Source: a virus
IMG/VR virus record: IMGVR_UViG_2799112432_000001
Coordinates: 1 to 35,813 of that record
Length of the DNA: 35,813 nucleotides
Strand: one strand, 5' to 3'
The first letter of the stretch is position 1; each line of letters begins with the position of its first letter. Positions 1 through 6,790 of this stretch are shown piece after piece. A program made the position numbers and the translations under genes. Below the pieces are notes generated by a model. It did not search any database. It was not told the DNA's origin and saw only the letters and a program-made list of their open reading frames with translations.

Positions 1-392
1 GCGAGTGGGTGCATGGTGATTTGGTTCACGTAGAGAATAAGAGTTATATTTCTTATTACTATGAATCACCATTATCAACCTTTATCAACGAGCAGATTAA
101 ATACGATGACATTTCAATAGTGGGAGTTGCCCCGTTTATAGAAGTTGACCTCGCCACCATCGGACAGTACACAGGCTTGAACGATAAGACCGGCAAGAAG
201 ATTTTTGAGGGGGATATTATCTCATGTGGTTATCTTTGCGATTTCTTCGTTGAGTATTCCGAAGAGGACGCTGAATATTGGGCAAACTTCGGAGATTCAA
301 TAGGAAGTTTGCACACATACTTTGACCCTAAAAGAGCTACAGTTATTGGAAACATTTACGACAATCCCGAGCTTTTGGAGGAGAAGGAATGA
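1..392 (+). CDS. YopX family protein, 3' portion (CDS starts at 35675 and continues across the circular junction)
   Basis: The joined product reads MREILFRGKRIDNCEWVHGDL...GLNDKTGKKIFEGDII...VIGNIYDNPELLEEKE. The MREIxFR start and IGNIYxNPELL end are the hallmark ends of YopX-type (PF09643) phage proteins. The frame is open from nt 1. Confidence 0.8.
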   Translation, partial: EWVHGDLVHVENKSYISYYYESPLSTFINEQIKYDDISIVGVAPFIEVDLATIGQYTGLNDKTGKKIFEGDIISCGYLCDFFVEYSEEDAEYWANFGDSIGSLHTYFDPKRATVIGNIYDNPELLEEKE

Positions 393-694
393 GCGTTTTG
401 ATTAAGGGTATGGATATGCCTTGTATGTGTTGTTTGTGTCCTTGCCACGACTGGGATATGGAAACTAACAGATATTATTGCCAGGCGTTAAAGGATGAAC
501 CGAGAATTATTGATGAAAACACAAGACGTGACGATTGTCCTCTTGTTGAAATCCCTACACCACACGGCAGGCTGATTGACGCGGATGAGATTGAAAAATG
601 TGTGCATGAATGGTATGACGTTGGCGAATATGTTTTTGCAGACACTATTCGAAATGCCGACACAATCATCGAAGCGGAGGTGAGCGCGAAATGA
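389..694 (+). CDS. Cys-rich hypothetical protein, paralog of 1587..1925
   Basis: Its ATG overlaps the upstream stop (ATGA). It shares the MSV(L/V)IKGM N-terminus, the PTPHGRLIDADEI core and the TIIEAEVS C-terminus with ORF 1587..1925. A CMCCLCPC cluster sits near the N-terminus. Confidence 0.7.
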   Translation: MSVLIKGMDMPCMCCLCPCHDWDMETNRYYCQALKDEPRIIDENTRRDDCPLVEIPTPHGRLIDADEIEKCVHEWYDVGEYVFADTIRNADTIIEAEVSAK

Positions 695-855
695 GTAAAT
701 ATGTGTGCGAAAATTGTAAAAAGCAGATTGAAAATGAAGCTGATGCCCTTATCATCGACAAGATGTCAGGATCAGGAGAAGCAGGTGGTTATTTAGCTAT
801 TTGCCCTGAGTGCTTGAAAAAAATAGTTCCGGAGGAGCGTGAAAAAAATGCCTGA
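691..855 (+). CDS. small zinc-ribbon protein (54 aa; too short for the ORF track)
   Basis: Hand translation gives MSKYVCENCKKQIENEADALIIDKMSGSGEAGGYLAICPECLKKIVPEEREKNA. It has two CxxC pairs, an ATGA overlap with the upstream stop, and fills an otherwise empty gap. Confidence 0.6.
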   Translation: MSKYVCENCKKQIENEADALIIDKMSGSGEAGGYLAICPECLKKIVPEEREKNA

Positions 856-1081
856 GAAATTAAAGCCGTGTCCGTTTTGCGGAGGGGAAGCACGCCTTCA
901 AAAACATGAAAGAGTTTTTATCCACGGGGAAACGACAAGAGCCGCATATGTTCGATGTTTGCAATGCAACGCAAGGACGGAACGAGTCCCATATGAGGAA
1001 TTTGGTAGGTCAAGCTATAGCGCAGACGCGCACATCAAGGCTGTGAACGCATGGAACAGGAGGGCTGACAATGCCGAATAA
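848..1081 (+). CDS. Lar-family restriction alleviation protein
   Basis: MPEKLKPCPFCGGEA...VRCLQCNART...AVNAWNRRA matches the LKPCPFCGG / CxxC / AWNRR pattern of the Lar (TIGR03655-type) family. ATG 848 is better spaced from the GGAGGAG RBS than GTG 839. Confidence 0.7.
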   Translation: MPEKLKPCPFCGGEARLQKHERVFIHGETTRAAYVRCLQCNARTERVPYEEFGRSSYSADAHIKAVNAWNRRADNAE

Positions 1082-1092
1082 GCTCACCCCCG

Positions 1093-1148
1093 AAGCGGCA
1101 GTAAACGCGCTGTCGCTTTGCCAAAGCGGTGCGGAGAGAGGAAAGGAG
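1093..1148 (+). repeat. 56-nt intergenic leader repeat, copy A (partner at 35543..35598)
   Basis: aagcggcagtaaacgcgctgtcgctttgcc[a/g]aagcggtgcggagagaggaaaggag is 55/56 identical between the two loci. It ends in the RBS of the next gene and contains an imperfect hairpin. Confidence 0.9.
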
Positions 1149-1157
1149 TAACAACAA

Positions 1158-1478
1158 ATGAAAGCAAGAATACCATTGCCGAATGATTTAAAATCGGCAG
1201 TAAAAACAGAAATAGAGGCTGAGTGGAAGAAAATCCAAAAAGAAAAAGCTTTGGAAATGGCTCAGCGGTGTTTGAAAGTTTACCTTTATGTTTTAAATAG
1301 AGATTACGGATTCGGCAAGAAGCGGTTGACAGATTTTTATAATCGGTGCGGTGAGTTCATGGAAACGTCAGACGACAATGAAGTGTTTTGGGAGCAACTC
1401 GACAAAGTGATTATTGACACATATGGTTTTAGCGAGCTCGGCAGAGACTACACAGACCGTGGTAAGGCGATAAGATAG
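1158..1478 (+). CDS. hypothetical protein
   Basis: 106-aa ORF with an AGGAG RBS at the end of the leader repeat. I recognise no motif. Confidence 0.6.
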   Translation: MKARIPLPNDLKSAVKTEIEAEWKKIQKEKALEMAQRCLKVYLYVLNRDYGFGKKRLTDFYNRCGEFMETSDDNEVFWEQLDKVIIDTYGFSELGRDYTDRGKAIR

Positions 1479-1506
1479 TAAGCATTCAAGGAAAGGAGAA
1501 CACAAC

Positions 1507-1590
1507 ATGATAGGATTTATTATTGGCGTTATATTAGGCGTTGTTATAATGGCGCTCATGGCTGCGGCGAAAGGAGGAGATGAAGAATGA
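1507..1590 (+). CDS. tiny single-pass membrane peptide (27 aa), paralog of 35607..35678
   Basis: MIGFIIGVILGVVIMALMAAAKGGDEE. It has a GGAGAA RBS and its stop overlaps the next ATG (ATGA). The 5' region is nearly identical at the nucleotide level to 35589..35660. Confidence 0.6.
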   Translation: MIGFIIGVILGVVIMALMAAAKGGDEE

Positions 1591-1925
1591 GTGTAGTTAT
1601 TAAAGGCATGAAGCTGCCGAAGCATGTAGCGGTAAACGGAGAGAAAGATACAGCATACAAGTGTGTTATTTTGGCACACCCTGACAACTCCGTGGAGATC
1701 GTTATCGACTCAAAATTTGCAAGTCCTTACGATAAAGGTCACAACATTCAGCGTTATCCTTTAACCGAATTTCCCACGCCGCACGGCAGGTTGATTGACG
1801 CCGATGAGATTGTTTGGTTTATTGATAATCATATCGCGTTGGGTAAAAAATGGGTTGAATTTGAAACAATCAAAGATATGATTAATTCACTACCAACAAT
1901 CATCGAAGCGGAGGTGAGCGAGTGA
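1587..1925 (+). CDS. hypothetical protein, paralog of 389..694
   Basis: It shares the MSVVIKGM start, FPTPHGRLIDADEI and PTIIEAEVS with 389..694. Confidence 0.7.
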   Translation: MSVVIKGMKLPKHVAVNGEKDTAYKCVILAHPDNSVEIVIDSKFASPYDKGHNIQRYPLTEFPTPHGRLIDADEIVWFIDNHIALGKKWVEFETIKDMINSLPTIIEAEVSE

Positions 1926-2287
1926 TGGCAAGCTGTAAAGATTGCGTACACTACAAATTATGTGGAGTGTTTGGCTATGTATCCCCTGTTGAATCCTGCG
2001 GATTTTACACAGACCGCTCTCGGTTCGTGGAGCTGCCGTGTAAGGTGGGAGATAAGGTGTATCTTGATAATCTACACATTAAATATGCTGATGTAATAGG
2101 AATATATATAGACGCGTTCGGTGGGGTGTTTGACCTTAGGATTTATACAAATATCCAGCTTGCGAATGGATTCGGATATGAATATTTCATCTCTAAAGAT
2201 TACACATTTGAGGATATAGGGAAACGCTTGTTTTTAACAAAGGAATCCGCCGAGCAGGCGGTGAAGGAGCGTGAAGAAAATGCCTGA
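1922..2287 (+). CDS. hypothetical protein (N-terminal CxxC...C...C)
   Basis: 121-aa ORF overlapping the upstream stop; the start is GTG 1922 or ATG 1925. Its C-terminus ...KEREENA lies in a conserved 21-nt gene junction. Confidence 0.6.
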   Translation: MMASCKDCVHYKLCGVFGYVSPVESCGFYTDRSRFVELPCKVGDKVYLDNLHIKYADVIGIYIDAFGGVFDLRIYTNIQLANGFGYEYFISKDYTFEDIGKRLFLTKESAEQAVKEREENA

Positions 2288-2567
2288 AATGACCATTGAA
2301 GCCGCCATGATCGAGCTCAACCGCCTGAAAACGACAGAGCGCATGGACATTGACCGCGACCGGATGACGGCGGCGATCGACGTGTTGATGGACGCGGCGC
2401 AGTTTAGAATCAAGCGTAAGCCGATCAGAAAGGAATGTGAAGTGAAAACGACTTTTGGAATGATAGAAAGCGCGTATATGTGCTGCCCGAACTGCGAATG
2501 CGTGCCGTATGGGGTGTATAGTTTTTGCCCGCACTGCGGTCAAGCCCTTGATCGGAGTAGCCTATGA
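2280..2567 (+). CDS. zinc-ribbon protein (GC-rich island)
   Basis: MPEMTIEAAMIELNRLK...CCPNCECVPYGVYSFCPHCGQALD has CPNC...CPHC pairs. ATG 2280 sits in the same conserved junction as the Lar start. Confidence 0.6.
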   Translation: MPEMTIEAAMIELNRLKTTERMDIDRDRMTAAIDVLMDAAQFRIKRKPIRKECEVKTTFGMIESAYMCCPNCECVPYGVYSFCPHCGQALDRSSL

Positions 2568-2791
2568 GTGCAGGGGTGTTTGTGGGCGTGCTGGGCTGGG
2601 TGCTTGCCGGACTGCTGGCGGCGTTTTTGGCGGTGCTGACGGTCGGCATGCTCGCCGGAAGCCGCCGCACCAGCAGGGCGTGCCGGGTGCAGAACGTGTG
2701 TGTGTTCTTGGCGCGGCTGCTGCTGGTGTTCTGCGCGATCGTCGGCGCGGCGCTGTTTGCCGGTGTGGGGCTGTGGTTTTTGATATGCTAA
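2564..2791 (+). CDS. small two-helix membrane protein (GC-rich island)
   Basis: MSAGVFVGVLGWVLAGLLAAFLAVLTVGML-AGSRRTSRACR-...LLLVFCAIVGAALFAGVGLWFLIC: two hydrophobic helices around a basic loop. ATGA overlap with the upstream stop. Confidence 0.55.
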   Translation: MSAGVFVGVLGWVLAGLLAAFLAVLTVGMLAGSRRTSRACRVQNVCVFLARLLLVFCAIVGAALFAGVGLWFLIC

Positions 2792-2944
2792 CAAATTATT
2801 GTGGCAATTGCGGTCAAGTGTTAGATTGGAGTTAACCCACAACAGCTCCGCGCGGCTGATGAATAAATTAAAATTCCATTCGTTTATTTCAAAATTCCAA
2901 AACAAAAATCCCTCGGGCGCGGACGGGGGACGGGAGGTGAAAAA

Positions 2945-3179
2945 ATGATAAAAAAGAAAAATATAAAGCTCACAGAATGGAAACTTAAAACCTACTGGGT
3001 GTAATCGCACAGGTTGCGTATTTTGCGCATTTGGTGCACATCTCGAAAAAGAACCGAATAGATTCCAACGACTAAAACAGACTCATCCGCAGTTGTGGGA
3101 ATATTGTATGAAAGATTGGGATGACGGTGGATTAGGGATGAAAAACGTTCTTGAGCAGATTAATGTAAAAATTCAATAA
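2945..3179 (+). pseudogene. remnant of a PAPS-reductase-family gene (start and RBS kept, internal deletion/frameshift, C-terminal ~70 codons)
   Basis: A strong RBS (GGGAGGTG) and ATG 2945 give only a 19-aa ORF. The +1 frame (2967..3179) reads ...LKPTGCNRTGCVFCAFGAHLEKEPNRFQRLKQTHPQLWEYCMKDWDDGGLGMKNVLEQINVKIQ*. From memory this resembles the RTGCxFCxFG...NRFQ C-terminus of phage phosphoadenosine-phosphosulfate reductase-like proteins. Confidence 0.5.
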
Positions 3180-3216
3180 AACAGGATAAGGTGGAAATTC
3201 AACAGGGTAATTTAAA

Positions 3217-3579
3217 ATGAGTTTGATTTTTAAATATTCAATAAAAGCAATACCACCAAGCAACAACAATTTCATCGGGAAAAATCAGCGGTGGCAGTAC
3301 CAAAACGATAAAAAACAATGGGCGAGGATTATTCAGTTATTTTGTGTTCCTCGCCCAAAGGAACCGCTCAAAAAGTCAAAAGTAACAATCATTTATTATT
3401 TCAAGGACAAGCGCAGGCGCGATCCGGATAACTATTCAGGCAAGTTTATTCTTGACGGGCTTGTTCGGAGCAGAATAATTATTGATGATTCTTTCGCCTG
3501 CATTGATTTAAGATTAATCGGCAATGTTGACAAGGAAAATCCGAGAACAGAGATTTTGATTGAAGGTGAAGAGCTATGA
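3217..3579 (+). CDS. rusA: RusA-family Holliday junction resolvase
   Basis: 120 aa. It has the PPSNN...RRRDPDNYSGKFILDGLV...IIDDS pattern (acidic D-x-DN and DD motifs) and a size typical of RusA endodeoxyribonucleases. Confidence 0.7.
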   Translation: MSLIFKYSIKAIPPSNNNFIGKNQRWQYQNDKKQWARIIQLFCVPRPKEPLKKSKVTIIYYFKDKRRRDPDNYSGKFILDGLVRSRIIIDDSFACIDLRLIGNVDKENPRTEILIEGEEL

Positions 3580-3791
3580 TGGTTTTAGAATTAAAAAAAG
3601 CTATGTGGAAAAATGTTCCTGTTAGATATCAAGGCAGGTCGTACGAGATTTTAGCAGCAATCTACAAGTTTGACAGAAAAGAAAGGAAATTCTATTATGA
3701 ATTAGAGTTGAAAGACACGATAGCTAATAGCAGCTTGATTTATTGCAAACTGGAAGATGCAGAGTTAACGAACATACAAGGGAGGATTTAA
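3576..3791 (+). CDS. hypothetical protein
   Basis: 71-aa ORF, start and stop overlapped with both neighbours. Confidence 0.5.
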   Translation: MMVLELKKAMWKNVPVRYQGRSYEILAAIYKFDRKERKFYYELELKDTIANSSLIYCKLEDAELTNIQGRI

Positions 3792-3988
3792 TGAACAGGC
3801 TCGAAGAATTAATAGACAGATCACCAATAGTACGGTCAGAGGTAGCAAGGCTGTGCGGAGTTTCGTATAATACGGTTTATAAGTGGTGTAAAGGACTTCG
3901 ACGACCGAAGCCCATACATTTAAAAAAGCTATCAAAATTGCTCAACGTCAAAATGAGTGAATTATTTAAGATTGTTTACGGGGACTAA
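3791..3988 (+). CDS. small HTH DNA-binding protein
   Basis: MNRLEELIDRSPIVRSEVARLCGVSYNTVYKWCKG is an XRE/Cro-like helix-turn-helix. A GGAGGA RBS lies 4 nt upstream of ATG 3791 (TAATG overlap). The longer 3743 start in the track lacks an RBS. Confidence 0.65.
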   Translation: MNRLEELIDRSPIVRSEVARLCGVSYNTVYKWCKGLRRPKPIHLKKLSKLLNVKMSELFKIVYGD

Positions 3989-3990
3989 AA

Positions 3991-4605
3991 ATGCTAAAAT
4001 ATGACTACAAAAAGATTATAGCTAAAATGCAGGAAAAGCATATAAACATTAAAGATTTGATTGAACACCCTGCTATGTATAGATGGAATGCAAGCACAGT
4101 AGCCGAGGTGTTAAAGGGGCAACGGGCAGTTCCGGAAAGGCTTGCCAAAGACATTGAAACAGGCACGGGAATCCCTCTTACTGAGTTTTTATCAGATGAA
4201 TACAAATCCGCAAATCAGCCAAACTATAGTGGTGAAAAGCTATTCGATTTTATGGCAAAGAAAGGCATAACGACAAAGGAAATCGAGTGCAAAATGCAAC
4301 TGGGTGAAAATACCGTTTGGAAAATCATCACAGGCAAGGAAGTTTTTACAAAAAGTATTGCAAACGGAATTGCAAAGCTGTATAATTTAAGTGATGACTT
4401 TTTCATGGAAGATGAAGAAAGGAGCAAATGTTGTTTCCTTGGTGAGCAATGCAGAATTTTGATTGACACAAAATGTGCGAGTTGCGCTTTTTTTAAAACA
4501 AAAGAGCAATTTATAAAAGACAGAGAAGAAGCCAAACAGAAACTTATTGACGAGAAAAAATGGGATTATTTCGTAGAAAAATACCCGATTTTGAAAGGAA
4601 TCTAA
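3991..4605 (+). CDS. hypothetical protein with two HTH-like repeats and a C-terminal Cys cluster
   Basis: Two segments look like XRE-type HTHs (IKDLIEH...TVAEVLKG and TTKEIECKMQLGENTVWKIITG). They are followed by CCFLGEQC...CASC. Confidence 0.5.
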   Translation: MLKYDYKKIIAKMQEKHINIKDLIEHPAMYRWNASTVAEVLKGQRAVPERLAKDIETGTGIPLTEFLSDEYKSANQPNYSGEKLFDFMAKKGITTKEIECKMQLGENTVWKIITGKEVFTKSIANGIAKLYNLSDDFFMEDEERSKCCFLGEQCRILIDTKCASCAFFKTKEQFIKDREEAKQKLIDEKKWDYFVEKYPILKGI

Positions 4606-4678
4606 TAAACCGCTTCGAATTGTATCCAACAAGGAAAGGCGGAATGAGCTGATGGCGAATGAAAAGGAGGGGGAAAGA

Positions 4679-5218
4679 ATGATTTATCAAAGAACAGAAA
4701 TTGACGCAAGACATTTTATGGACATATTCCCAGAAGGGAGCAAATTTTACAGAATACCTGAACTACCGAAAATTAAGTTTAAGGCGAATAAGGTTCAATA
4801 TTCTATAACGGACGTTCGACTACTGAACGAAAATGCAGTATATACGTTCCTGAATATTCTCAACACCGTAGCGAATGAGCCTGACACGGAAGAAGTTACG
4901 TTCAAGATTGAGGATGACACAAACGAGGACACGGTTGAGATTATTACGGACATTCTGATGGGAATATCCTATACTGCGAAAAAGGGCGGAAAACACGGTT
5001 TTGAGTCATCGTCCAGTTTTCTTGTTACTGGAGTTGAACGACACGAAGCAGAAGATTACAAAACGATTACTTTCAAGCTGATTAAAGACCATGCGCAAGC
5101 TATTTACGAATATGCACAGGAACATGAACAGCCGAACCTTTATGAATTAGTGATTGCGATTGAAGAAAAATCAAGGGAACAAATAGCGGCGTATGTAAAA
5201 GAACATGAGGAAGCTTAA
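4679..5218 (+). CDS. hypothetical acidic protein
   Basis: The ORF frame runs 4652..5218. ATG 4679 follows GGAGGGGG with good spacing. No recognised motif. Confidence 0.55.
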   Translation: MIYQRTEIDARHFMDIFPEGSKFYRIPELPKIKFKANKVQYSITDVRLLNENAVYTFLNILNTVANEPDTEEVTFKIEDDTNEDTVEIITDILMGISYTAKKGGKHGFESSSSFLVTGVERHEAEDYKTITFKLIKDHAQAIYEYAQEHEQPNLYELVIAIEEKSREQIAAYVKEHEEA

Positions 5219-6406
5219 ATGGATAATGAGCTAAAGATTGAATATTTGCCTGTTGGCAGTTTGAAGCCGTATGAAAAGAACGCTCGTAAGCATCAAGATG
5301 CAGATGTGCAGACGATTGTGGCGAGTATAAAGGAATTTGGATTCGATGACCCCATTGGCGTTTGGGGCGAGGACAATCTCATTGTTGAGGGTCACGGGCG
5401 TTTGATGGCGGCGAAAAAACTCGGGATGGAGACTGTGCCTGTTATCCACCTTGACCATCTGACGGATGAACAGCGGAGAGCGTATGCATTGGCGCATAAT
5501 AAGACCGCCGAGATGAGCGAGTGGGACTTTGACCTTCTTAGCGGCGAACTTGACGGCATATTTGATATTGATATGTCAGAGCTTGGATTTGACCTTGATT
5601 TTGACGGGTATGAAGAACCTGCTGAAATTATAGAAGATGAAGTCCCCGAAGAAGTAGAAACACGGTGCAAGCTTGGAGATATATGGCAACTCGGAGACCA
5701 CAAATTGATTTGTGGAGATTCTACGGATGTTGCGGTTATTGATAGGCTTATGGATGGGGTAAAGGCTGATATGGTGTTTACTGACCCTCCATATGGAATG
5801 AATCTTGATACAGACTATTCAAAAATGGATAATGAAAGTAGCAACGCAGAGTTTCGCAAACGAAAAAATATAGTCGGCGGAAAAAAATATGAGCAAGGCA
5901 AGGTTGACGAATTTCACCCCGAAATGATAGATGCGGTATTTGCAATAGATACAGACGAAATGTTTTTATGGGGTGCTGACTATTTTTCAGAATTATTACC
6001 AAACAAAAATGATGGGGCTTGGATTGTATGGGATAAAAGGGATGACAATGAGCAATTTGATAAAATGTACGGAAGTCAATTTGAATTATGTTGGAGCAAA
6101 AAGAAACACAAAAGAGAAATCGCAAGAGTAAGGTGGTGTGGAGTATTTGGAACGGAAACAGAATTTGACCACAAGAGGCATCATCCCACACAGAAGCCAA
6201 TCAAACTTGCATCATGGTTTTTAGAAAGATATAGCAAGGAAAATGATATTGTTGTTGATATATTCGGCGGTAGTGGTAGCACACTAATAGCCTGTGAACA
6301 GTTAAACAGAAAATGCTATATGGCTGAACTCGACCCACACTATTGTGATGTGATTATTTCAAGATATGAAAACTTTACAGGGAAAGCGGCAGTAAAAGTA
6401 AGCTGA
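5219..6406 (+). CDS. ParB-like N-terminal domain fused to a DNA methyltransferase (N6A/N4C, beta class)
   Basis: The N-terminus (LKPYEKNARKH...IVEGHGRLMAAKKLG) is ParB/Srx-like. The DPPY motif IV (MVFTDPPYG) comes before the SAM motif I (DIFGGSGSTLIACEQLNRK), the order seen in PF01555-type beta-class enzymes. Confidence 0.85.
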   Translation: MDNELKIEYLPVGSLKPYEKNARKHQDADVQTIVASIKEFGFDDPIGVWGEDNLIVEGHGRLMAAKKLGMETVPVIHLDHLTDEQRRAYALAHNKTAEMSEWDFDLLSGELDGIFDIDMSELGFDLDFDGYEEPAEIIEDEVPEEVETRCKLGDIWQLGDHKLICGDSTDVAVIDRLMDGVKADMVFTDPPYGMNLDTDYSKMDNESSNAEFRKRKNIVGGKKYEQGKVDEFHPEMIDAVFAIDTDEMFLWGADYFSELLPNKNDGAWIVWDKRDDNEQFDKMYGSQFELCWSKKKHKREIARVRWCGVFGTETEFDHKRHHPTQKPIKLASWFLERYSKENDIVVDIFGGSGSTLIACEQLNRKCYMAELDPHYCDVIISRYENFTGKAAVKVS

Positions 6407-6415
6407 GGTGATTGA

Positions 6416-6790
6416 GTGGCAACAGGCAGACCGAAAAAAGAAATAGACAAAAAAATATTTGAAAATCTTTGCGGTTTGCAGTGTACACTTGAAGAAATCG
6501 CAGGGGTGTTTGATTGTTCTCCTGACACTATAGAACGTTGGTGTAAGCGAGAGTATAAAGAGACATTTGCGGAGGTATATAAAAAACACTCTGCAAAGGG
6601 CAAAACGAGCCTGAGAAGGACACAGTTTAAGCTTGCGGAAAAGTCTGCGGCGATGGCAATATTTCTTGGTAAAAACTATCTCGGGCAAAAGGATAATATT
6701 ATCGAAACAGATGAACAGACATTGCAGGCAGTAGGCGAAGCTCTTGTGAAGATTAAGCGAGCGGCAGAACAAGCAGATAATAATGAGTAG
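6416..6790 (+). CDS. terS: terminase small subunit
   Basis: GRPKKEIDKKIFENLC...TLEEIAGVFDCSPDTIERWCK is an HTH, the protein is 124 aa, and it lies immediately upstream of and overlapping TerL. Confidence 0.7.
   Translation: MATGRPKKEIDKKIFENLCGLQCTLEEIAGVFDCSPDTIERWCKREYKETFAEVYKKHSAKGKTSLRRTQFKLAEKSAAMAIFLGKNYLGQKDNIIETDEQTLQAVGEALVKIKRAAEQADNNE

Noticed and set aside
1-99. The terminal direct repeat could be an att site or a biological DTR.
   Set aside because: It is exactly 99 nt (k-mer-like) and lies within a coding sequence that is completed only by circularising. No integrase is present. An assembly overlap of a circular or permuted genome is the simpler explanation.
1368-1679. Minus-strand ORFs 1368..1679 and 35426..35743 share NITP..NPIMLCSPFL, which hints at a conserved antisense gene.
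   Set aside because: The shared peptide is simply the reverse translation of the duplicated leader/TM-peptide DNA. Neither has an RBS, and both run antisense to well-supported + strand genes.
2509-2835. A 108-aa ORF spanning the GC island in a third frame.
   Set aside because: It has an Arg/Gly/Ala-rich low-information translation typical of GC-rich off-frames. Only its last 16 codons (the orphan half zinc-ribbon) look meaningful. The overlapping 2564..2791 frame gives a coherent two-helix membrane protein with an ATGA-coupled start.
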